Positions 9,710-19,404 of a DNA stretch of 64,000 nucleotides are shown here, piece after piece; position 1 is the first letter of the stretch, and every line of letters starts with the position of its first letter. Both the position numbers and the translations under genes were made by a program. Source of the stretch: Klebsiella phage vB_KpM_FBKp24; sequence record MW394391.1. One strand, 5' to 3'. The notes under the pieces were generated by a model that saw nothing but the letters and a program-made list of their open reading frames with translations, searched no databases and was not told the DNA's origin.

Positions 9710-10648
9710 TTAATAAGATTTCTCTTGATGATTAGCCGTCATGGCGATGAGGTCATTGACGCGTCCAATAAACTCGTCGCTCTTCAACCCGCGTCCTTCG
9801 CGGTCAATCAATTGGGTCAGCCACGCTTTACGGTATTGTTTTTCCCCTGCGCAGGAAGAATAGATCATCGCGATGAACATCGGCGGGTATTCCAAAGCAA
9901 CAGCAAGCCATTCACGGACTTCTGAACTACCAAACCAGCTAGTCGAAGTCAGCGTCCAAAGAATGCGTTTGTCCATTCGTTTCAAGGACAAACTCTCGCC
10001 AAATTCCGCCAACGCTTTGCAATAATCGTCCAAGTTGGCCATGTAACCGACCGGGCGCAGCCAGACATCCAGTTTTTGAAAAGGAATGTTCAAAATACGA
10101 CTGATCTTGATACAGAAGACTTCGTGACGACGTTCGTTGAAATCCGCCTCTGCGCAATGCAGACAGTAATAGTAGTAGGCAGTGATAGCCTTTACTTTTT
10201 CACTGGTCATTTCGTTGAGGTTGAGTTTATTCTTTAATAAACCGGTCAACCACTTGGCGAAAATCGCCAGCGGTACATCGATATTGAAATAGAACGCATC
10301 AGTGTTTCCTTCGGCCCAGGCCATTTCTAACACTGCTCTGCGAAAAACAATCCCCGCTGAACCTTCATTATTAAAGTCAACAGACCCATCGCTGTTGAGA
10401 GTGAGCACATTACGGTAAGGACGTAAATCAATGTATGTATAAGGAACACCTTGAACATCCTGCGCAAACGGATGACGAAAAATAGGGATACTCTCTAACT
10501 GCGGACTCTTTTCAATGGCGGCCAGCAACCCTTTAAAACGGTTAACTGGGGTCAGCGCTCCCTCGGCTTTTGCGATCAAAAGTTTCCCCGGTAAGCTACT
10601 TGGGAAAACAGAACTACCCGCTGAAGTTTCGAAACTGTGTTTAAACAT
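9710..10648 (-). CDS. hypothetical protein (312 aa)
   Basis: ORF track; first gene of minus-strand operon, diverging from plus-strand structural genes. Confidence 0.5.
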   Translation of the reverse strand: MFKHSFETSAGSSVFPSSLPGKLLIAKAEGALTPVNRFKGLLAAIEKSPQLESIPIFRHPFAQDVQGVPYTYIDLRPYRNVLTLNSDGSVDFNNEGSAGIVFRRAVLEMAWAEGNTDAFYFNIDVPLAIFAKWLTGLLKNKLNLNEMTSEKVKAITAYYYYCLHCAEADFNERRHEVFCIKISRILNIPFQKLDVWLRPVGYMANLDDYCKALAEFGESLSLKRMDKRILWTLTSTSWFGSSEVREWLAVALEYPPMFIAMIYSSCAGEKQYRKAWLTQLIDREGRGLKSDEFIGRVNDLIAMTANHQEKSY

Positions 10649-10811
10649 TACTTAATTCTCCAATTATGGCCATACCCTACAGAATGTTAATATGACGACT
10701 TACCCTATTTACCCGTAAACTATGGTTTACAAATCCCCAAGCTTGGGACTAGCGTCACTATGACTGTACATAATTTATGCGGTACCTACTCTTTTTAAGA
10801 GGCAAAAAGAC

Positions 10812-12881
10812 ATGTCTGAACAAATCACGGGATCAACACCCAGAATTTATTACCGTGGTACGAAGGATAGTTCAGTAACTCGTTCTACGGGTTCGACGAC
10901 TACCCTTCCGCTCCATCGGCCCTTAATCATGTTCTTCGGCCAAAAAGGCCCGACCGTTCCGACATGGATCGATCCGGTGAAATTCGAAGACATCTACGGC
11001 AGCGAAACCACCAATCTGTCCGGTGTTTACTGCACCCACTCCACCCCTTTCATCAAAGAAGCGATTGCAGCTGGTAATCAGTTCATGGCACTGCGTCTGG
11101 AACCGTCCGATATTCCAGATGTAGCAACCCTTGGACTTTCTGTTGATTGGGTAAAGACCAAGATTGACGACTACGAACGCAACGACGACGGTACTTATAA
11201 GCTGGATACTAACGGCGATAAAATTCCGCTCGCCACGCAAATTGACGGGATAAAATTCCGGTTCGTTCTCGAGAAAATCGAAACCAACGAATCCGGTGTG
11301 AGCCAGTATAAAAAACGTACGGCTAAAGCCGGGACCATCGGTACCGAAGCGACGCCGTCAACGATTACTCCGCTGGCCGATTTCCGTTGCCGTTTCAAAT
11401 CGTCGCTGGGCGCTAACACTGCGCTGCGAATCTGGGCACCTACGATTAACTCCGCGCAGGCTGCTGACGCCGATTTACAGGCTCGTATCAAATCCTTCCT
11501 GTATCGCTTCCAGATTCTGACCCGCGCAGATAAAGCAAGCTCACCGACGATTTTTGAGACCATCTATAATGAACCATCATTATCGGTCGGTTTCGGGGAA
11601 AATCTGGTTGATCCACAGACCGAAGTGGTCTACGACTTCGTTGAACGAATCGACAGTCGCTATAACGATGAAGACCCGTCCACTTACCTGATGTCGCCGC
11701 TGGATACGCCGTATCTGTATCAAGCCAACATCGATAGCGTTCTGACCGCCATCCAGGAACTGGAAGCGCCGTTCGACACAGTTTCTGCCGACGAAGATGA
11801 TCTGTATCAGATTAACCTCTTCGGGGCTCAAACCGTAGAAGGCGTCCCGTACCATGCGGTGCAAATCCTGGGTGTACTCGATGGTGGCGTTACGCTGACC
11901 GAAACGGCGACCAATTACCTCCAGGGTGGCGGTGACGGTACACTGGGTAACGACAGCTTTAACGCTGCAGCGTATGCGGTACTGTCGAATCTGAGCAATA
12001 ACGCGGCGTTCAATATCACCAACTATGCGCGTTATCCGTTCAACGCATTTTGGGATTCCGGTTTCGACCTGAAAACCAAACAAACTATTCCGCAGCTGAT
12101 CGGTTTGCGTGCAGACACCTGGATCGCGCTGTCCACGCAGGATATTTCGTCGGACTTTAACTCCAACGAAGAAGAAGAGTCTATTGCGCTCTCCTTGATG
12201 TCTCGCGTCTCTGCGTTCCCGGACTCCTCTGACTTTGGTACCCCGGCATTCCGCGGTATGATTGTCGGTGGTGCAGGGTACTACACCGAAACCACCCGTA
12301 AGCTGCCGGTACCGTTGACACTGGACCGTTTCCGTGCCTACTGTCGTTATGCAGGCGCATCTGACGGAGTGCTCAAACCTGAATACGCTGTCGACGAAGG
12401 TGATGCACGTAAGGTCCAAGTTGTGAAAAGTATCAATAACCTGGATAAATCGTGGCGTGTCCGTCGCGCGCAATGGAATAACAACCTGGTCTATGTGGAA
12501 GACTACGACACCAACTCCCAGTTCTATCCGGGACAACAGTCGTTCTACTCCGAACAAGGTTCTGTTCTCAAAGCAGCAATTGTCGGTTTGTGCGTAGCCA
12601 ACCTGAACCGTTTCGCGTTTGAAGCATGGCGTGATCTCACCGGTACTCAGAAACTGACCGACGACCAACTGATCGAACGGTCTGATGACGCTGTGAGTAC
12701 TCGCGGTACGGGCGCGTTTGACGATCGCCTGATCTTTACCCCGCATTCTGAAATCACTCAGGCGGATAAAGAGCGCGGTTACAGCTGGTCTATGCGTATT
12801 GACTTCGGTGCTAACGCATTCCGCACCGTGATGGATATGTCTTCTGTCGCATACACCAGAGAGGAATTAGCAAATGGCTAA
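10812..12881 (+). CDS. major virion structural protein, tail sheath-like (tentative)
   Basis: 689 aa; strongly host-optimised codon usage (ctg, ccg, cgt, ggt) unlike surrounding genes, implying very high expression; SD aagagg before ATG; size similar to T4 gp18; sheath assignment not verifiable here. Confidence 0.6.
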   Translation: MSEQITGSTPRIYYRGTKDSSVTRSTGSTTTLPLHRPLIMFFGQKGPTVPTWIDPVKFEDIYGSETTNLSGVYCTHSTPFIKEAIAAGNQFMALRLEPSDIPDVATLGLSVDWVKTKIDDYERNDDGTYKLDTNGDKIPLATQIDGIKFRFVLEKIETNESGVSQYKKRTAKAGTIGTEATPSTITPLADFRCRFKSSLGANTALRIWAPTINSAQAADADLQARIKSFLYRFQILTRADKASSPTIFETIYNEPSLSVGFGENLVDPQTEVVYDFVERIDSRYNDEDPSTYLMSPLDTPYLYQANIDSVLTAIQELEAPFDTVSADEDDLYQINLFGAQTVEGVPYHAVQILGVLDGGVTLTETATNYLQGGGDGTLGNDSFNAAAYAVLSNLSNNAAFNITNYARYPFNAFWDSGFDLKTKQTIPQLIGLRADTWIALSTQDISSDFNSNEEEESIALSLMSRVSAFPDSSDFGTPAFRGMIVGGAGYYTETTRKLPVPLTLDRFRAYCRYAGASDGVLKPEYAVDEGDARKVQVVKSINNLDKSWRVRRAQWNNNLVYVEDYDTNSQFYPGQQSFYSEQGSVLKAAIVGLCVANLNRFAFEAWRDLTGTQKLTDDQLIERSDDAVSTRGTGAFDDRLIFTPHSEITQADKERGYSWSMRIDFGANAFRTVMDMSSVAYTREELANG

Positions 12882-13749
12882 GAAAGATCCTAACACGATC
12901 ATGAGTGCTAATAGTTCGTACGCTAACGGGGCCAATGGTTCCGTTACTAACCTGGAGATCCCAGCAGCGTTCGGCTATACGCCTGATTTTCGTTACTACC
13001 ATGCTGCGGCCGATTATACACGTCGCCCAACAATCGCGTTCCTGATGGAACTCCCCAACTGTTTCAAAGACACCGATGATGCAGCGAAATGGGGCGGTTC
13101 CCTGAAAGCGTTAATCGAGATGCATTCTCGTACAATCGATGGCCTCGACTATACGTTGGAAGTGGAACACGTTGAAACGCCATTCGGTGGCGGCGGCGAA
13201 ATGATGCAGACCTTGTCTAAGGTTCGTCGTGCTCGCTCGGTCCCGGTGTTTACCTGGGTGGAAAAAATCGGGATGCCGGTTTCCCGCTTCTGGAACAACT
13301 ATATCCTCTACTTCATGGGTGAACCTAACTCTAACGTAGCGGGTATTATCGGTAAAGGTGGAATCACTCCGGCCGCAACTTATCCGGATTATAACACTTT
13401 CTCCGTACTCTTCGTTGAACCGGATCCTACCGAACGTTACGCACTGCGTTCTACGTTGATCACCAACATGCAACCGACCGGACAAGGTCCGGAAATGCGC
13501 ATGTCGAAAGACCAGACTTCTTCGCCAGAACAGCTTCAGATCTCTCAGACCTTTACGGGTCTTCAGATGGTCGGTCGCGGTGTTGACAAACTGGGCCAGA
13601 TGATGCTCGATCGCGCATCACAAACCGGTATTGACCTGAATGCTCAACCGGCATTCCTCTCAGACCGTGAAGCCGACGTCGCTGCACGTACTGACGGTTA
13701 TATCGATCAGCTTGTCTCTTCGTTATCCAAACCGGGCGTGGCAATCTAA
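12874..13749 (+). CDS. virion structural protein (tail tube candidate), translationally coupled to upstream gene
   Basis: ATGGCTAA start/stop overlap with the 689-aa gene; SD gagagga; same optimised codon usage; strong terminator follows. Confidence 0.55.
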   Translation: MAKKDPNTIMSANSSYANGANGSVTNLEIPAAFGYTPDFRYYHAAADYTRRPTIAFLMELPNCFKDTDDAAKWGGSLKALIEMHSRTIDGLDYTLEVEHVETPFGGGGEMMQTLSKVRRARSVPVFTWVEKIGMPVSRFWNNYILYFMGEPNSNVAGIIGKGGITPAATYPDYNTFSVLFVEPDPTERYALRSTLITNMQPTGQGPEMRMSKDQTSSPEQLQISQTFTGLQMVGRGVDKLGQMMLDRASQTGIDLNAQPAFLSDREADVAARTDGYIDQLVSSLSKPGVAI

Positions 13750-13754
13750 TAAGA

Positions 13755-13797
13755 CATACTCCTCAGAGAACCTTCGGGTTCTCTGAGGTTTATTTTG
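13755..13797 (+). terminator. rho-independent terminator (cctcagagaacc/ggttctctgagg stem + tttatttt)
   Basis: 12-bp perfect stem, TTCG loop, T-run. Confidence 0.65.
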
Positions 13798-13879
13798 CTG
13801 AGATAAAACATTTGACTAAATGACCAAATAAGGGTATTCTTGAAGCGGTAAATATGACTCGTTAATTAAGAGGTGAATT

Positions 13880-14524
13880 ATGTTTGATAAAAACTCAGCA
13901 CTTAAGTTACAACAGTCCCTTAAAACCGCAGGTTTCGACCCTAAAGGAATCGACGGTTTGTGGGGTACAAATTCCCAAAAGGCTTTAGATGCATCGTTCG
14001 CTAAATACGACATTGCATGGAGTAAAAGAGTCGCCCCTGAATTTGTGGCAAAAGTAAAAGACATTGTTTCGAAAATTGGTGGAGATCCCAGCCACTTAAT
14101 GTCATGTATGGCATTCGAAACCGGTCGTACATTTAGCCCCACTATTCAGAATGGAGCCGGTGCTCCTTACTACGGACTTATTCAGGGCGGTGCTGCATTC
14201 TGTAAGGATGTAGGAATTACGCTGGATCAGTGGAGAGGTATGACAGCCTTACAACAGCTTGATTACGTCTATAAATGGTATCTTCCGTACAAAGGAAAAC
14301 TTGAAGACCTTCCATCATGGTACATGCGCATACTCTGGCCGGTCGCAGTTAACAAACCCGACACGTACGTGTTATGGGACAATAAGACACGACCAACCAC
14401 ATACGCGCAGAATAAAGGACTGGATGTGAACAAGGATGGCGTTATTACTCGAGCAGAAGTATCAAAAGTTATTTACAACATGTATGCGGAAGGTTGTTTG
14501 ATCGAGAACCGCCGACCGCTTTAA
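13880..14524 (+). CDS. endolysin with N-terminal peptidoglycan-binding domain and C-terminal muralytic domain
   Basis: PG_binding_1-type motif LQQSLKTAGFDPKGIDGLWGTNSQKALDA; SD aagagg; followed by tiny membrane ORF and terminator; catalytic class not resolved. Confidence 0.65.
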   Translation: MFDKNSALKLQQSLKTAGFDPKGIDGLWGTNSQKALDASFAKYDIAWSKRVAPEFVAKVKDIVSKIGGDPSHLMSCMAFETGRTFSPTIQNGAGAPYYGLIQGGAAFCKDVGITLDQWRGMTALQQLDYVYKWYLPYKGKLEDLPSWYMRILWPVAVNKPDTYVLWDNKTRPTTYAQNKGLDVNKDGVITRAEVSKVIYNMYAEGCLIENRRPL

Positions 14525-14534
14525 GCGAGGCGTT

Positions 14535-14648
14535 ATGGGAGCAACTACCCTGTCGGGTGGAGATGTATTGATTATTTGCGCCGGAATCCTTATTACCATG
14601 GCTGCAACAGCATTCGTTCTTTCACTCTTGTTCGACGATAAAAAATAA
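14535..14648 (+). CDS. 37-aa hydrophobic single-TM peptide (lysis-associated candidate)
   Basis: ATG 11 nt after endolysin stop with GAGG SD; MGATTLSGGDVLIICAGILITMAATAFVLSLLFDDKK; below the ORF-track size cutoff. Confidence 0.4.
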   Translation: MGATTLSGGDVLIICAGILITMAATAFVLSLLFDDKK

Positions 14649-14649
14649 A

Positions 14650-14700
14650 AAGATAAAGTACACAGAGGAGAGAGCCTAGGCTCTCTCCTCTGGTTTTGTC
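14650..14700. terminator. bidirectional rho-independent terminator (gaggagagagcc/ggctctctcctc)
   Basis: 12-bp GC stem, A-run upstream, ggttttg downstream; separates convergent genes. Confidence 0.65.
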
Positions 14701-14702
14701 AC

Positions 14703-15299
14703 TCAACTTAAATGCTTAATTGCGAGATCAAACATTTTTTGCTTTACATCATCGAACCCGTAAAGACGTTGATAGGCGGTTTGGTTTTGATTCCAAAGTT
14801 TGTCCATTAAGAAGACATTGCTCACTTCAGAAGCGTCAGTACCGCCCCAATGCGGATTATCATCAAAGAGATAATAATCATACCCTTTTAAGTTGGCGTC
14901 CAGCCAAGTCTTTTTACAGGGGACTTTCTCAGGGTCTAAGAAGACCCCTTCCATTTCAACGCCAAGGCGGTCAAACTGCCGCTGCGTAAATTCAGCAGCG
15001 CGAGGGTGATACCCGCGGTGCGTAGCGAACATCGTTTGTAGGCGCGCTCCAAAGACCGTTTGCATTTCTTTAATCAAAGCAGGAAGAGCTTCAAAACCAG
15101 GCACCCAGTCCGCGTGTTCCATGAACGAACCGTCTTCTAAAACCGCCTTGAGGAAAGGAGCCTCAAACGGATCCGTACGCGAAAGTCGATTTTTCCAAAC
15201 CAGCCCGCAGTTAAACGTATCGTTAATCCAGCGTGTCATGGCTTTTTCGGTTTCAAACTTGGTGTCATCCAAGTCAAACACGAACATTACTTTTTTCAC
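14703..15299 (-). CDS. HAD-superfamily hydrolase (nucleotidase-like)
   Basis: N-terminal motif I FVFDLDDT (DxDxT) typical of HAD phosphatases; 198 aa. Confidence 0.55.
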   Translation of the reverse strand: MKKVMFVFDLDDTKFETEKAMTRWINDTFNCGLVWKNRLSRTDPFEAPFLKAVLEDGSFMEHADWVPGFEALPALIKEMQTVFGARLQTMFATHRGYHPRAAEFTQRQFDRLGVEMEGVFLDPEKVPCKKTWLDANLKGYDYYLFDDNPHWGGTDASEVSNVFLMDKLWNQNQTAYQRLYGFDDVKQKMFDLAIKHLS

Positions 15300-15799
15300 G
15301 ATTTAAGTTTCCTTTGCAGATAAAGATCCAGTGAATCTTTGAGTTTTTCCAAATACTGCTGACAAGAACTGGATAACGTGATTTTCCCACTGGGGCCGGA
15401 AATTGTCAATAGACCGTAGGATAGGGATAATACGTTAAACGCAGCCAGATCCACCAGAATCGTGTGCGAACCCCAAGACACAATAATCTCCAAGTCTTGT
15501 ACAAAACGCGTTTTGGGGGCTTCTGAGGAGTTCTCGTAGACATTCTCGTGAAGTTTGTAGTCACTCCATTGTGCAGTGATGTACTCGTACACAGTTTCCG
15601 CTTCAAAGATGTCATCAGTTTCGATATTGATATTAACATCATCGTAGTTACGTACATTGACGTACGTAGACGGACAGACAAGACCTACGCTCTGGCCTTT
15701 TTTAACAAACTTGATCTTTTCCAGATCTACGTAAAACGTCCCTTTAGCCGTTGTGATAAACAACGTAGTATTATTGATTCTCTGGAGTATTGAATTCAT
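15296..15799 (-). CDS. hypothetical protein (167 aa)
   Basis: ORF track; 4-nt overlap with downstream gene. Confidence 0.5.
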   Translation of the reverse strand: MNSILQRINNTTLFITTAKGTFYVDLEKIKFVKKGQSVGLVCPSTYVNVRNYDDVNINIETDDIFEAETVYEYITAQWSDYKLHENVYENSSEAPKTRFVQDLEIIVSWGSHTILVDLAAFNVLSLSYGLLTISGPSGKITLSSSCQQYLEKLKDSLDLYLQRKLKS

Positions 15800-16715
15800 T
15801 GTTACTTACCTTATTGATGTTTTGGAGAATAAGTGCGTGTAAAATATCAAACGAAACAGGGTAATCAAAGACCCCGCCCGCAGCGTCGGGGTGCCCACCG
15901 CCGTTAAAGTCGTGTGCGAGTCTTTGCGCCCAACCCGTCCCTTTACGAGAACGGAAAGAAAGACCTAAACCTTTTTTGTTTAACGTTACGTTTACAACGA
16001 GGTCTACGTCATCTCTTTTTGCTAACAGCATCGAGGCTGCCTCAGATGCGTAATAGTACGGTGCCGAAAGATAAACCGCAGTAAACTGGAAAACGCCATT
16101 TGTTTCCACCGGGAAACATACTTTTTTATCGAGATGAAACGTGATATTTTTATTTCTGGATTCGATGAGTAAATCAACGACAGGTCGGATTTCCGCCTCC
16201 ACTCTTTCTTTGCTATACTCTAGCAGCGCGTTGAACGGCGGGAAGATATCTTCTTTGTTACCCTTCTTCAGGAAACGAACGAAGTACTCGTGATATTCCC
16301 GTTCACTGTCCGTAGCAATCCACAAATCTCGATTGTTAATCAAACGAATAACTTCCGGCATCTCGCCGTGGTTCAAATACTTCCAGGTTAAACCAGAACC
16401 AGCCAGATTACGATCAAAGTGAACGATAGTACCGGGGAAGATTGATCGGATGGTTTTACAATCCTCTTCTTTATCGTCGTGGTGATCGAGGATAACCAAT
16501 CCGCCTAATAAATGTTTGTTTTCTTCTACCCATTCTACCGGCGGGGTGAAATCGAGGAAATGAGCGTAGTGCTTTTTACCTTCCTCAAGTTTTGGCATGG
16601 CGCGGTAGTTTACCGGAACAAATGTCGGTTTGTCAGAGTACTTGTAGAAAAGTGCCGCTGCCGCGAAACCATCCATGCAAAGATCGTGATAAAAAACAAT
16701 TAATTCAGTTTCCAT
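15771..16715 (-). CDS. DHH/DHHA1-family phosphoesterase (NrnA-like nanoRNase / pAp or cyclic-nucleotide phosphodiesterase family)
   Basis: Motifs HDLCMDG (motif I), ILDHHDD (DHH motif III), GGGHPDAAGG (DHHA1 GGGH motif); 314 aa. Confidence 0.8.
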   Translation of the reverse strand: METELIVFYHDLCMDGFAAAALFYKYSDKPTFVPVNYRAMPKLEEGKKHYAHFLDFTPPVEWVEENKHLLGGLVILDHHDDKEEDCKTIRSIFPGTIVHFDRNLAGSGLTWKYLNHGEMPEVIRLINNRDLWIATDSEREYHEYFVRFLKKGNKEDIFPPFNALLEYSKERVEAEIRPVVDLLIESRNKNITFHLDKKVCFPVETNGVFQFTAVYLSAPYYYASEAASMLLAKRDDVDLVVNVTLNKKGLGLSFRSRKGTGWAQRLAHDFNGGGHPDAAGGVFDYPVSFDILHALILQNINKVSNNEFNTPENQ

Positions 16716-16770
16716 TTTACTTCCTCAACAAAAAAATAAATTAGGGGAGAATTTTCTCCCCTAATAGAGT

Positions 16771-17055
16771 TTAGACTATTTTCAATATCTGGCGATGGTA
16801 ATAACGCTCAGTCAGTGCATTCAGTGAAAATTCTGCACTTTCAGGACGCGCAATAAAATCATCGCAAACCTTCTGGGTTTCTTCAAAGACCAGACGCTTA
16901 CGAATACGTTCTGCAACACGCCGTACCATTTTGGCTTTACCTTTGTGTTCCCGAAACCCGATAGCCAAAGTGACTAACAAATCGATCATCTCATGATCGA
17001 GAGCGATATTTCTGCTCATCCGGCAATATCTACATTTGAGTAGAGAACGGAACAA
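16771..17055 (-). CDS. hypothetical protein (94 aa)
   Basis: ORF track only. Confidence 0.4.
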   Translation of the reverse strand: MFRSLLKCRYCRMSRNIALDHEMIDLLVTLAIGFREHKGKAKMVRRVAERIRKRLVFEETQKVCDDFIARPESAEFSLNALTERYYHRQILKIV

Positions 17056-17366
17056 GTGTCGTCGCCGTCGAAGACCACGCCAGATTCATTCATCCATTTA
17101 GTTTCGCTTTTAGATTTTTTATCCCGGAAAGACGCGGTGGTATAAACTTTATACCCCGGAGTTTGAGCTTCTCCTTCCATAGCGCTCAAGGGACTGGGTT
17201 TACTGCGGAGTACAGCTACTGAAACGGTCTTGGTGTCCACAGTAGGGAAAGTCGCCACAGCTTCCTTAACTGCATTTTGTACTCGGGAGATACAGGCCGC
17301 ATTCGGCGCTGCGATTGCTTGGTTGATTGTCAGGGATGCAATAGCCAGCAGAATAATTTTTTTCAT
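17016..17366 (-). CDS. secreted/periplasmic protein with signal peptide (116 aa)
   Basis: MKKIILLAIASLTINQAIA signal peptide with AXA cleavage site. Confidence 0.5.
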   Translation of the reverse strand: MKKIILLAIASLTINQAIAAPNAACISRVQNAVKEAVATFPTVDTKTVSVAVLRSKPSPLSAMEGEAQTPGYKVYTTASFRDKKSKSETKWMNESGVVFDGDDTCSVLYSNVDIAG

Positions 17367-17462
17367 TGTTTTCTCCTTCTAAAACGCGGTTCATCTGTTC
17401 GGTGTTTAAGTTCAAGCCAATTTCACTCATAGCACGAAAGAAATCGACATCGTTAATTTTGT

Positions 17463-17864
17463 TCATTCAGTGATCACAAAGGTGTTTTCAGAAAACGGAC
17501 GGAGGTTACCTCGTTCAATCCAATACCCGTAATTCAAGAGTGAATCAAACCATCTGAGTATAGGTTGAGCTAGAGAGTGTATTTCTATTTCTTCAATGAT
17601 CGTTAACCAATTCGTCTCAACTTCAATATCAAGTAAATATCCTTCGTAGTCGCAGTTGAGTACATCGTAGAGCGTCTCAGCAAAGAGATTTACATCGATG
17701 TCAAGATAATGAAGATCGTTTCGGGAAAGTATTCGTAGTGTATCGTATATTGGACAGAGCGTCTCAAAAAAGAGCATCGCATGATTTTTTGAGAGCACCC
17801 TAATAAAGAAAGGATATTCTACGTAGACCCTTTTACGCCGTGTTCCCGTAGAATTGTAAGTCAT
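17463..17864 (-). CDS. hypothetical protein (133 aa)
   Basis: ORF track. Confidence 0.5.
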   Translation of the reverse strand: MTYNSTGTRRKRVYVEYPFFIRVLSKNHAMLFFETLCPIYDTLRILSRNDLHYLDIDVNLFAETLYDVLNCDYEGYLLDIEVETNWLTIIEEIEIHSLAQPILRWFDSLLNYGYWIERGNLRPFSENTFVITE

Positions 17865-18072
17865 CGGGCCGCCGCTCCTTCAATTCACGTAAAAGGACGG
17901 TCAGTGGCGCCGGGGATAATGCGACTTTTCCCAGCCACGAATAACAGTCGTTCTCTTTTACGGTTAGTCTGACAAAACGCGCTGTTGTTTTAATGGCATT
18001 TTGTGTTTTATGTATAGCGTATGCCAACTGCAATGTCAGTAGGATATCGTCCCATTCTGTTTCATTTCCCAT
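17833..18072 (-). CDS. hypothetical protein (79 aa)
   Basis: ORF track. Confidence 0.4.
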   Translation of the reverse strand: MGNETEWDDILLTLQLAYAIHKTQNAIKTTARFVRLTVKENDCYSWLGKVALSPAPLTVLLRELKERRPDDLQFYGNTA

Positions 18073-18074
18073 TT

Positions 18075-18485
18075 TTAACCTCTGTCGATAGTGAAAATAT
18101 CAAAACCAAAAAACCCGGGGGCGTCTTTGTTCTGTTCACCAAGGCGCCAGTAGTCGTTAAACGCCCGACGACGGATTCTTAACACTCCCTCGAACGCGAC
18201 CAAAGTAGGGTCAGTAAAAAGGAGATTGGCTTTGATTCCTTTCTCCGTAAGTCGGAAATTAGTGAAGAGGTGAGTCGGCTCTTTAAATTTCCTGTAACGC
18301 AGATAAAATTGATCAAAGGTCTCAGTGTGTTTCTTATCCAAAGAAGGATTGAGTTCGCCTTTTAGACTTTCTCGTGCTTTGAACGCGCGAAGTAGACGCT
18401 CTAGATCCGTTGGACGCATGAAATCTGGTAAGGGTAAATAAACATCGACAATGTGATCTTGATTAGCGACTTTAAACACAGACAT
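18075..18485 (-). CDS. hypothetical protein (136 aa)
   Basis: ORF track. Confidence 0.5.
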   Translation of the reverse strand: MSVFKVANQDHIVDVYLPLPDFMRPTDLERLLRAFKARESLKGELNPSLDKKHTETFDQFYLRYRKFKEPTHLFTNFRLTEKGIKANLLFTDPTLVAFEGVLRIRRRAFNDYWRLGEQNKDAPGFFGFDIFTIDRG

Positions 18486-18542
18486 TTCCTTTTGTGATGA
18501 TTACAACGAAAAAAGAGGGTGACTACTCACCCTCGAAATAAT

Positions 18543-18725
18543 TTAAATTTTACAAGCCCCGCCTTCACAGTCATCGCTAGCTTCGATTTCCGGTTGGGCT
18601 TCGATGAACGCTTCGTTCTTTGCCGTCGCTGCTTCAACTTCTGCATCGCTGAGCGTAAATGAGTCAAAGTCGAGACTCTCATCTTTGGTACCGCTGAAAC
18701 GGGTACCGGGAACAGGTTGTGCCAT
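18543..18725 (-). CDS. small acidic protein (60 aa)
   Basis: ORF track; highly acidic (DESLDFDSF, EAQPEIEASDD). Confidence 0.35.
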   Translation of the reverse strand: MAQPVPGTRFSGTKDESLDFDSFTLSDAEVEAATAKNEAFIEAQPEIEASDDCEGGACKI

Positions 18726-18843
18726 TAGAACTTTTCCTTTTTTAATCCGAGACGTAATGCCTCAAAGAAAGACAAGTAAGACTTAAAAAAGAAAAAGACC
18801 CAGAGGCATAGAGGGTTACAAACCCTCTATGCCTTCTTTGAGA

Positions 18844-19314
18844 TCAATCAAGGTAAAAACATTTCCCGCCTTTGTTCTCCGCTACTAATTTTTTCAGTCC
18901 GTTAGTAGAGAAGACCACGTAGGCATCCGGGTGACCCTCAACGTACAGTTTGAAATTTTTCGCTTTGGTTACCTTAACGGTGTCGAAGAACGCACGCCAG
19001 TTACTGGATCCAACTCTAGAGAGGGGGGTAATCATCTGGTACGTATCCCCAGCTATGTCAATAACCAACGTATAACGGTCATCGGTAGTAGAAAGAGATT
19101 GTCCTTTCGCGTCGGTCAGGAAAAGCGCCTGATCTGGCCAGTTGTCACCGGTATCGCGACACGAGAACGACAGTGAATAACCGTCTGTACTTTCGGTATA
19201 AAACTCAAGGGTTCCTTGCTGATATGACTCTGTCCAGCGATTCACAACAGCTTGTGAGGCGAAGGACATAAACGCAGAAAGAGCCACCAGTGTTGCAGCG
19301 ATAAATTTTTTCAT
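18844..19314 (-). CDS. secreted protein with signal peptide (156 aa)
   Basis: MKKFIAATLVALSAFMSFASQA signal peptide; conserved RBS context ctaaaaggtaaatatcATG shared with gene at 21687. Confidence 0.55.
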   Translation of the reverse strand: MKKFIAATLVALSAFMSFASQAVVNRWTESYQQGTLEFYTESTDGYSLSFSCRDTGDNWPDQALFLTDAKGQSLSTTDDRYTLVIDIAGDTYQMITPLSRVGSSNWRAFFDTVKVTKAKNFKLYVEGHPDAYVVFSTNGLKKLVAENKGGKCFYLD

Positions 19315-19404
19315 GATATTTACCTTTTAGATAGAAGTGTGATTGATTAAAGTGCGGTTTCAGTGGGATGAATCTATAAGAGCGCTTTGCGACTCGGTGA
19401 AGAC

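Noticed and set aside
11580-12746. 388-aa minus-strand ORF (plus 10923-11240 and 11195-11563) antisense to the 689-aa structural gene
   Set aside because: Lies entirely inside a strongly codon-optimised plus-strand gene. Long antisense ORFs are expected from GC3-rich codon bias. Its product is Arg/Val-rich low-complexity. No RBS.
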